Assembly (NCBI GenBank): GCA_963769425.1
Contig: CAVYLP010000006.1
Coordinates: forward strand, 192,001-256,000
Direction: 5' to 3'
Length of the DNA stretch: 64,000 nucleotides
Source of the DNA: Candidatus Bathyarchaeota archaeon
GTDB lineage: Archaea > Thermoproteota > Bathyarchaeia > TCS64
Below are positions 55,910 through 64,000 of the stretch, in pieces. A program made the translations under genes and the position numbers. The stretch's first letter is position 1; the number at the start of each line of letters is the position of its first letter. The notes below the pieces were generated by a model that had not been told where the DNA came from, ran no database searches, and saw only the letters and a program-made list of their open reading frames with translations.

Positions 55910-57805
55910 ATGCTCACCTCCGACGAAATCCGCAGCCGGTTCCTCGCCTACTACACGCAGAGGGGACACACACTGATCCCGTCGGCCTCGCTGCTGCCCG
56001 AAGGCGACGTGACGACCCTCTTCACCGGGTCGGGGATGCAGCCGCTGATCAAGTTCCTGCTCGGCGAGCCTCACCCCAGCGGGGCGCGCATCGTGGACTC
56101 GCAGAAGTGCTTCAGGTCGGAGGACATAGACGAGGTCGGGGACAATAGGCACACCACCTTCTTCGAGATGCTGGGGAACTGGTCGCTGGGCGACTACTTC
56201 AAGGCGGAGCAGCTCCCGTGGGTTTTCGACTTCCTCGTGGGGGAGCTGGGGATAGACCCGAAACGGCTCTACGTCACCGTCTTCGCTGGGGAGGAGAAGT
56301 ACAGCATCCCGAGGGACGACGAGTCCGTCGGCATCTGGCAGAAAATATTCAAGAAGGCGAACATAGATGCGAAGGCCGTCCTCATCGGGGACCCCGACCG
56401 GGGGGGCGAGGTGGGGATGCAGGGCGGCAGGATATTCTACTACAGCTCGAAGAAGAACTGGTGGAGCCGCGCGGGTCCGCCGGAGAAGATGCCAGCCCGC
56501 GAGCCGGGTGGGCCCGACTCGGAGATATTCTACGACTTCGGCACCCCACACGACACCAAGTATGGGCCTCACTGCCACCCGAACTGCGAGTGCGGCAGGT
56601 TCATGGAGATCGGGAACTCGGTCTTCATGGAGTACACGAAGACGGACGACGGCAGGTTCGAGAAGCTGCCTCAGAGGAACGTCGACTTCGGCGGCGGGCT
56701 GGAGAGGATAGGGGCCGCGGTCACGGGCAACTCGGACATGTTCGCCATAGACCTGCTCAAGAGCCTGGTGGATGCCCTGCCGGGGTCGGAGATGAGGTCG
56801 AAGAGGATCGTGGCGGACCACGTGCGCGCCGCGGCGTTCCTCATCACAGACGGCGTCGAGCCGTCGAATAAGGACAGGGGCTACATGCTGCGCAAGGTGC
56901 TGAGGAGGTCGATGGTGCACGTCGGGATGCTGGCTAGGGGCGTGGACCCGACCTGCGACCTCGGCACGGTCTACTGCGACACGATGGAGAGGCTCTTCGG
57001 CATAGTCTGCGACGAGTACGCGGGAGCGTATGCGCTTAACCGGGAGAGGATCATCGCCGTCTACCGCGCAGAGTCGGACAAGTTCAGCAAGACCTTCGTC
57101 AACGGCATGCGCCGCCTCGAGCGGCTCGAGGCCGTGGACACGGAGACCGCCTTCACCCTCTACGAGAGCTTCGGGCTGCCCTACGAGGTGATAAAGGAGT
57201 TCGGCGGCGCCAAGACGGCTCAGCTGACGCGCGAGGCGTTCGAGGAGAAGCTTGAGGCGCACAGGCAGGCGAGCCGCGTCGGGGCGGAGAAGAAGTTCGG
57301 CGGCCACGGGCTTGTGCTCGACACGGGTGAGTTGAAGGCGAAGGATCAGGCGGAGGTGGAGAAGGTGATTCGGCTGCACACGGCGACGCACCTGCTCCAC
57401 GCGGCGCTGCGCGAGGTGTTAGGGAGCGAAGTCCATCAGTCGGGCTCCGACATCACGCCGGAGCGCGCCCGCTTCGACTTTACCTTCCCCCGCAAGCTTA
57501 CGGAGGAGGAGATAGGGCGCGTCGAGGAGATCGCCAACGGCATCGTTGCGCAGGACCTCAGGGTCGAGTGCAAGGAGATGCCCAAGGCGGAGGCGGAGAA
57601 GACCGGCGCCCTCAGCTTCTTCAAGGCGAAGTACGGCGACAAGGTCAAAGTATACTACGTCGGAAAGAGCCTCGAGGCAGCCGTCAGCAAGGAGTTCTGC
57701 GGCGGACCACATGTGCAGCGGACCGGACTAATCGGAAAGATCAAGATCACGAAGGAGGAGGCGGTCGCCGCGGGGGTCCGTAGAATCAGGGCCACAGTCG
57801 AGTGA
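55910..57805 (+). CDS. alaS: Alanyl-tRNA synthetase, short bacterial-type form
   Basis: LFTGSGMQP, RHTTFFEMLGNWS, DFGGGLER, ADHVR, HTATHLL, EFCGGPHV, GVRRI. Confidence 0.95.
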   Translation: MLTSDEIRSRFLAYYTQRGHTLIPSASLLPEGDVTTLFTGSGMQPLIKFLLGEPHPSGARIVDSQKCFRSEDIDEVGDNRHTTFFEMLGNWSLGDYFKAEQLPWVFDFLVGELGIDPKRLYVTVFAGEEKYSIPRDDESVGIWQKIFKKANIDAKAVLIGDPDRGGEVGMQGGRIFYYSSKKNWWSRAGPPEKMPAREPGGPDSEIFYDFGTPHDTKYGPHCHPNCECGRFMEIGNSVFMEYTKTDDGRFEKLPQRNVDFGGGLERIGAAVTGNSDMFAIDLLKSLVDALPGSEMRSKRIVADHVRAAAFLITDGVEPSNKDRGYMLRKVLRRSMVHVGMLARGVDPTCDLGTVYCDTMERLFGIVCDEYAGAYALNRERIIAVYRAESDKFSKTFVNGMRRLERLEAVDTETAFTLYESFGLPYEVIKEFGGAKTAQLTREAFEEKLEAHRQASRVGAEKKFGGHGLVLDTGELKAKDQAEVEKVIRLHTATHLLHAALREVLGSEVHQSGSDITPERARFDFTFPRKLTEEEIGRVEEIANGIVAQDLRVECKEMPKAEAEKTGALSFFKAKYGDKVKVYYVGKSLEAAVSKEFCGGPHVQRTGLIGKIKITKEEAVAAGVRRIRATVE

Positions 57806-57885
57806 TGCAGTCTCCGTATTTGGATGACCGACTCACGCCCACCTATTCGCTCAGATTAATCAATCGCCATCAAATACAACTCAAC

Positions 57886-58173
57886 ATGTACGTCTCCATC
57901 ACTACGAGTCGGGTTAACGGGAAAGACGCGGTTGAGTTTGAAAAATTCCTGGCTGATTTTCTGCCAAAGGTGAAGGAACAGCCGGGTGCCGAGGTCATCT
58001 ACCACTACTCGAGACCAGGCAAGAGCGACGAATGCAGCGTAGTCATCTGGAGGGACGAGGAGTCGTTCACAGCCTATGATGAAGGCGAATTGGCCATGGA
58101 GATGCTTTCCTTCGAATTAAGTCACGGGATAAAGAGCGTTCGCGAAGCCTATCCGACATTGTTTTTCCTGTAA
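57886..58173 (+). CDS. ABM (antibiotic biosynthesis monooxygenase)-like protein
   Basis: Ferredoxin-like pattern KEQPG..VVIWRDEESF. Confidence 0.65.
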   Translation: MYVSITTSRVNGKDAVEFEKFLADFLPKVKEQPGAEVIYHYSRPGKSDECSVVIWRDEESFTAYDEGELAMEMLSFELSHGIKSVREAYPTLFFL

Positions 58174-58226
58174 GATGACGACCATCCGAGTCAGTTTCAT
58201 AATCTAGGGTTACATTCAGCCACCTG

Positions 58227-59663
58227 ATGTCGGACCGAGGTACACCCCCAAAATTATCACTGTTTGACGTAACCAACCTCGTCGTTGGTGCCATAATCGG
58301 GGCTGATATCTACGTCGCCTCGAGCTTCGGGGCGGCCTACCTCGGACCTTCATCCCTGATTGTCTGGGTGGTCGCCGGGGTGATCGCCATCGTGATAGCG
58401 CTATGTTTCGCCCAATGCGCCGCCTACCTCCCAAGGGTTGGTGGACCATACGCCTATGCGAGGGATGCCTGGGGCCCGTTTCCGGGGTTCATAGTCGGCT
58501 GGTCTCTCTGGCTGGCGGAGTGGATAAGCCTGGCAGTCTTCCCGGTGGCATTTGTCAGGTACCTCACGTTCTTCCTGCCAAACCTCGATCCCCTCTCTCA
58601 GGTTCTAGTCAAGGCGTGCTTTGTGGCATTCCTTATTGTGACGAATGTTCTTGGCGTGAAGGCGGCGGGGAGGACCAATGACATTCTAACGATCGTCAAG
58701 CTCGCTCCGCTGATTCTCTTCGTTGTGGCGGGTACCGGCTACGCGCTTCTCAACACGGCTACGGTGGCGAGTAACCTCGCCCCGTTTTCTCCGTTTGGTT
58801 ACGGTAGCTTCGGCTTAACCCTCGTGCTCGTCTTCTGGGCGTACGCGGGGTTCGAGATCTCGACGATACCCGCCGACGTGGTTGAGGACCCGGGCAAGGT
58901 CATACCCAGGGCGATAGTTCTGGGCATGACAATCGTGACGGTCTTCTACCTCGCCACGAATGTGGTCCTCTTCGCGATTAGGCCTTCGCCTCAGCTGGCG
59001 ACGGATTTGGCGCCGCTTGCCTCGGCGACTGTGAGCATACTAGGCACGGGATCGATCCTCGCCATTCTGGGTGGGCTGGTTGTCAGTGTTGGAGCCTTGA
59101 TATCGGTGACGGGGTCCGATGAGTCGGGGATGATCGGCACGTCGAGGCTCGGGTACGCCCTCGCGGTCGACGGCCTGTTCCCCAAGATATTCGCCAAGGT
59201 GCATCCGAGGTACAAGACGCCCTACTTCGCCATCATCGTGCAGGGGGCAACGGCACTCGTTGCCTCGCTCTTAGGCAATCTGGGGACGCTTGTCGCGGTG
59301 TCGGTCTTCTTCCTCGCCGTCGCGTACGCAGCGACCTGTGCATCGATCCTCTCATTCCGCAGACGCGATCCGGAGCCCGCTTTCCGCCTCAGAGGGGGAA
59401 TCGCCCTACCGGTGGTTGGGGTTGTTTTCTCCATTTACCTCATCACCCAGTGCACGCTGTCCCAGATCACCATAGGATTGCTGCTCCTCGGAATCGGCGT
59501 GCCAATGTATCTGGCTTTTACCCCCAAGAAGGAACTCACCATCCTCAAGGAGGAACTGCTTGCTCCGGGAACTCTGCAGGAGGAGACGAAAAGAGTGAGG
59601 GAGAGGTTCCTGGCACATGCACTACTACACTTGAAGAATCTGTTTGAGAAAAAGCGTGAATAA
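58227..59663 (+). CDS. APC-family amino acid permease
   Basis: GAIIGADI, GGPYAY, WAYAGFE, SRLGYALA.DG..P. Confidence 0.92.
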   Translation: MSDRGTPPKLSLFDVTNLVVGAIIGADIYVASSFGAAYLGPSSLIVWVVAGVIAIVIALCFAQCAAYLPRVGGPYAYARDAWGPFPGFIVGWSLWLAEWISLAVFPVAFVRYLTFFLPNLDPLSQVLVKACFVAFLIVTNVLGVKAAGRTNDILTIVKLAPLILFVVAGTGYALLNTATVASNLAPFSPFGYGSFGLTLVLVFWAYAGFEISTIPADVVEDPGKVIPRAIVLGMTIVTVFYLATNVVLFAIRPSPQLATDLAPLASATVSILGTGSILAILGGLVVSVGALISVTGSDESGMIGTSRLGYALAVDGLFPKIFAKVHPRYKTPYFAIIVQGATALVASLLGNLGTLVAVSVFFLAVAYAATCASILSFRRRDPEPAFRLRGGIALPVVGVVFSIYLITQCTLSQITIGLLLLGIGVPMYLAFTPKKELTILKEELLAPGTLQEETKRVRERFLAHALLHLKNLFEKKRE

Positions 59664-59787
59664 TGACCCACAACTGTGACAAGGTGAAGGTCTACACCTT
59701 GTATCAAGTCATGCGTGAGAGAATATTTCTATACAGAACTAAAGATAATTTGATAAGTAATACTAAGCACTAAATTCTGTTAACAAA

Positions 59788-60312
59788 ATGCCATTAATTG
59801 ATAAAGTCACGCGTAAGCAAATATCAAGAAGAGATTTTAGTTTTCTATTTGGGCTGCTAATAATAATTTTAACCATATTTTTATCAGCAGGAGTCTATTT
59901 TCATTTATTTCAATTTCGATTCCTAGTAGGTCCACTCTTCCTCTCTCACTGGCTTAGCTGGATAGGAACCGCGTTTATCGCATTTTTTACTCCAACCTAT
60001 TATCTTCTGAAGTTACGCTACCCAAAAAATATACGAAGGCTACTCAGGTTCCACTGCCTAGGTTACTTGCTCGCATTCATGTTTATATCGATTCATTTCT
60101 TCAGTGAAATTCCACGTGGAACCGGCGAGGCATTGTACTTAACGACTTTAATCTTGGTGGTGTCCGGCTTCATTTTCAGATTTCGATTATTGCGCATGAG
60201 CATCGGAAGTTATAACATATCTCATATCATAAGATATATACATCTAAGTGTAGTTATGACATTCTATATTGTCATAGTTATACACGTAATCCAACACATA
60301 GGTGCACCATAA
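59788..60312 (+). CDS. Membrane protein with His-bearing TM helices
   Basis: About 5 TM segments with SHW, FHC, SIH, YIH and VIH histidines. Confidence 0.6.
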   Translation: MPLIDKVTRKQISRRDFSFLFGLLIIILTIFLSAGVYFHLFQFRFLVGPLFLSHWLSWIGTAFIAFFTPTYYLLKLRYPKNIRRLLRFHCLGYLLAFMFISIHFFSEIPRGTGEALYLTTLILVVSGFIFRFRLLRMSIGSYNISHIIRYIHLSVVMTFYIVIVIHVIQHIGAP

Positions 60313-60581
60313 GCAATTTAATGAGTTATTATCTGCGTGATGCATTTTATTTGTTTGGGTTTGAGGGATAAAATTCTATCACCTCGGATCAGGGACCCAC
60401 TTGTAACCACATTCTTCGTGAGAACATTTAACGGACAATCTGGGGGTCTTTGTTTTAATCATAACTAAATACTCTAAAATTGACTTAATCCTAACCTTTT
60501 TAACACTTCCGACAGGCGATTTTAGCTCATTTTAGGCTACAATTCCTAATCCTAGACCCCCAAGTTATATACTGCTAGTAA

Positions 60582-60770
60582 ATGTATGACACACCTCATC
60601 GAGGTGTTATCGGCATGTCCACTCCTCATAGTGATAAGAAAGTTAACTGGGGCGATGATTGTCCGGTGTGTGGAACCGAGAAATCGATTATTGCAGGAGT
60701 CGATATGGCTGACCATAGGAGACTAATCTTCAGATGTCTTAAATGCCATACGATTTTTCCTCATATTTAA
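60582..60770 (+). CDS. Small zinc-ribbon protein
   Basis: CPVCG...FRCLKCH. Confidence 0.5.
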   Translation: MYDTPHRGVIGMSTPHSDKKVNWGDDCPVCGTEKSIIAGVDMADHRRLIFRCLKCHTIFPHI

Positions 60771-60850
60771 CCCGACGACACTCATATGACTATGTTCAAC
60801 CTATTTGAAATTACTTCAGGTTTATAAAAAAAGCTTATTAATTATATTTC

Positions 60851-61102
60851 ATGGAGTCGGGCTCGATTAGAACTATAGCACATTTCATCGATAATCCAAA
60901 TAGCAAATTTATGATGGTACGCGATGGCTATCATGCTTTAGATTGGGATAATACGATGATGGTCTGCGTGAAGTGCAAGCACAATGTAGACCAAAGGCTA
61001 ACCCGAGATTACATCCAGATTTCATGTTCAAATAAAATAGAGTACAAAACGATGTTACAGACAAATTGGTGTAATCTCTGGGGACCGAAGACTAATTTCT
61101 GA
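60851..61102 (+). CDS. Small Cys-containing hypothetical protein
   Basis: CVKCKH..CSNK..WCNLW; TATA-like upstream. Confidence 0.4.
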   Translation: MESGSIRTIAHFIDNPNSKFMMVRDGYHALDWDNTMMVCVKCKHNVDQRLTRDYIQISCSNKIEYKTMLQTNWCNLWGPKTNF

Positions 61103-61312
61103 ATCTATTGGTCAAGAATTATCAATTCTATGAATTAATTCTTCTCATATATGTTAAACGTCAATAATTTGCTCTGATTTTAGTCGTTTTTCGAGGAGGG
61201 GTAAATTTTATCCCCATTGCAAGCAGACGTTGTTAAGCTGCGCAACTCTTTTTGCTCATAACCTTTAATCACCGAGCTACCCAAGAAGACACAAGGACAG
61301 AGGCTACACTGA

Positions 61313-64000
61313 ATGGTTGACTGGAAACAACTCGAACAGAAGTGGCAGGGACGCTGGGCGGAGGCCGCAGCCTTCGAGACCGACCCCGACCGGGAGAAGC
61401 CCAAGTACTACCTCACCGTCGCCTACCCCTACCCCAACTCGCCACAACATATCGGTCACGGCCGAACCTACACACTCACAGACGTACACGCCAGATACAT
61501 GAGGATGCGGGGCTACAACGTCCTCTTCCCAATGGCCTGGCACTACACCGGCACACCCCTCTTCGCAATGGTCGAGCGACTCAAGGAACGAGACCCCGCC
61601 CTAGTCGATACATTCCTCAACCTCTACGGCATACCCGAGTCGAAGCTGAAGGAGCTGGAAACACCCGTCTCCATGGCCAACTACTTTGTCAGCGAGATCA
61701 AGGGGGGCATGAAGAAGATCGGCTTCAGCATCGACTGGCGCCGAACCTTCACAACAGTCGACGATTACTACCACAAGTTCATCGAGTGGCAGTTCGCCAA
61801 GCTCCGCCAGAAGGGCTACATCACGCAGGGAAGCCACCCAGTCGGATGGTGTCCAAGCTGCGGCAACCCCGTCGGCCAACACGACACAATCGGCGACAAG
61901 GAGCCAGAGATCGAGGAGTTCACCCTAATCAAGTTCAGGAAGGGGGACACCGTCTTCCCCGCGGCCACCCTCCGCCCAGAGACCATCTACGGAGTCACAA
62001 ACATGTGGCTCAACCCCGACGCCGTCTACGTAGAGGCCACCGTCGATGGCGAGACATGGATCGTCAGCGCCGAGGCGGCCAGGAAGCTGGATATGCTGGG
62101 ACACAAGGTCAAGGTCGAGACCGAGTTCCAGGGCGCCCGCCTGATAGGGCAGACCCTGACAAATCCAGCGACAGGCAAGGAGATTATAATCCTACCAGCC
62201 CCATTCGTCGACCCTAAGAACGCCACAGGAGTAGTCATGAGCGTCCCTGCAGTTGCCCCATTCGACTATGTAGCACTGGAGCAACTAAAACGGGAAGTCC
62301 ACACAAACCCAGACGCCTACACAATCAAGCACGGCGACATCGCCAACATAAATCTGATCAGCGTCGTTGAAATTCCCGGATACAGCGAATTCCCTGCTGT
62401 CGACGTCATCAAGAGGATGAACATAACAGACCAGAATAGCCCAGACCTCGAGAAAGCAACGAAGGAACTCTACAGCGCAGAGTTCCACGCTGGTAAGATG
62501 ATGGGTATAGCCAAGCAGTACGTCGGGCTAGCCGTACAGGTCGCCAAGCCGGCCGTTAAGAACGACCTCATCGCAAACAACAACGCCGCCACCATGTACG
62601 AGATGATCGAACCAGTCCAGTGCCGCTGCGGAACCGAGGTCGTCGTCAAGATATTCGAGAACCAGTGGTTCATCAACTACGGCGACGAGGCGTGGAAGAA
62701 GCTCGCACGCGAGAACATCGACCAGATGGAGATCGTGCCCCGCGAGCTGAAGCAGGAGTTCTTCAACGTCGTCGACTGGCTCAAGGCGAAGGCATGCGCC
62801 CGCAAGGCTGGGATGGGCACCCGCCTGCCCTGGGAGCCCGACTGGATAATCGAGTCGCTCTCAGACTCCACCATCTACATGGCTTACTACACCGTCATCA
62901 AGGGGCTAAACGAGGTCAAGCCCAAGCCGGAGCAGCTTAACGAGGCGTTCTGGGACTACGTCTTCCTCGGCATAGGGACCCCCGTCAAGGTGGAGACAGC
63001 CACTGGCATCCCCATGGAGAAGATCGAGGAGCTGCACAACGAATTCAGCTACTTCTACCCAATGGATGCCCGCCACAGTGGAAGGGACCTAATCCCCAAC
63101 CACCTGACCTTCATGATCTTCATACACGACGCCATCTGGGGGCGCGAGTACTGGCCACAGGGCATCTTCGTCAACGGCTCCGTCCTCATGGAGGGGGCGA
63201 AGATGAGCAAGAGCATGAACAACATCATCCCGCTCGTCAACGCCATCGACCGCTTCGGCGCAGACCCACTGAGGATAAGCCTCATGATCACCGCCGAGCC
63301 ACTCAAGGACGCGGACTTCAGCCCAGACCTCGCAAAGAGCATGATGGGGCTACTCGAGGGCTTCTACGCGCGCGCACAGAGGATCATCTCGCGAGAAGCA
63401 GGAGGGCTCCTACGAGCTGCAGGAGATAGACCTCTGGATGCTCAGCAGGCTGCAGAGCCACATCGCCGACGCGAACGAGGCTATGCACGAGCTAAAGGTC
63501 AGGAAGACCATCCACGCCGCCACATACGACCTGGAGGGCGACCTCGACTGGTACCTGAAGAGGGTCGCCTACGACAGGGACCACGAGGAACGCCGCAAGG
63601 CCATCAGCCACGTCGAGTGGACCGTGCTGGACACGCAGGTCCGCCTGCTCGCACCCTTCACCCCCCACCTCTGCGAGGAGATCTGGGAGCAGATGGGCGG
63701 GGAGGGCTTCGTCGCCTTCGCCCCTTGGCCGGAGGTCGACGGCTCACAGATCAGGGAGGACGCAGAGGAGCTCGAGACCATCGTCAAGACATGCACCGAG
63801 GACGTCACCAACATCACCAGGGTGACGGGCATCAAGCCCGCGACCATCCACTTCTACACCGCGGACAACTGGAAGTGGAAGATGCTGGAGAAGGCGATGG
63901 AGATGCAGACGAAGGGAAACGTCGACATCGGCACCATGATCAGGGAGTCCTTCAAGGATGAGGAGATGAGGACGAAGCAGAAGGAGGTCCCCGCCTACGC
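61313..64000 (+). CDS. leuS: Leucyl-tRNA synthetase (archaeal type), frameshift ~63390, runs off window
   Basis: YPYPNSPQHIGH, ATLRPET, IIESLSDSTIY, KMSKS; IDLWMLSRL and APFTPHLCEEIW in the next frame. Confidence 0.96.

Noticed and set aside
55883-57400. Long antisense or alternative-frame ORFs (505 aa here; also 46667-47782, 35855-36793, 38045-38962)
   Set aside because: Shadow ORFs of GC-rich genes with no recognisable motifs.
366-64000. Frameshifts in lhr, aroC, aroD, pfkB, rpl31e and leuS as programmed frameshifting or pseudogenisation
   Set aside because: They are scattered small indels, some in homopolymers (AAA near 34248, GGGGG near 43082), and one hits the essential leuS; sequencing or assembly error is the simplest explanation. 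Read mapping would confirm.
1-64000. CRISPR arrays, tRNA or rRNA genes
   Set aside because: No regularly spaced repeats or recognisable tRNA/rRNA signatures seen by eye; tRNAscan-SE would be needed to exclude intron-containing tRNAs.

Overview
Archaeal chromosomal window. It carries archaeal ribosomal proteins (S19e, L39e, L31e, LX, P0, P1/L12), EF-1alpha, Spt5, prefoldin and DGGGP synthase; the gene repertoire suggests Bathyarchaeia (inference). Most of the window is GC-rich housekeeping DNA: Lhr helicase, ProRS/AlaRS/LeuRS, ribosomal clusters, ABC transporters and a complete shikimate/Phe/Tyr operon. The main finding is a 5,928-bp AT-rich cargo transposon at 18384-24311. It has perfect 24-bp terminal inverted repeats, a 9-bp target-site duplication (GATCTTCGG) and a centrally placed IS1/IS6-like DDE transposase. 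Its cargo is a GHKL ATPase with a putative Ymh-type HEPN C-terminus, a B12-binding-like radical SAM enzyme, an RHH regulator, a divergent wHTH pair and an internally deleted DNA methyltransferase; the ATPase and radical SAM pair is a candidate new mobile defence or modification module. Other points of interest are a Phe/Tyr-rich leader peptide with alternative hairpins upstream of the aro operon, a bacterial-type short AlaRS, and a rearranged str operon. Frameshifts in several core genes (Lhr, aroC, aroD, PfkB, L31e, LeuRS) are most likely sequencing indels. No CRISPR array, rRNA or tRNA was recognised. All assignments come from motif recognition; no database searches were run.
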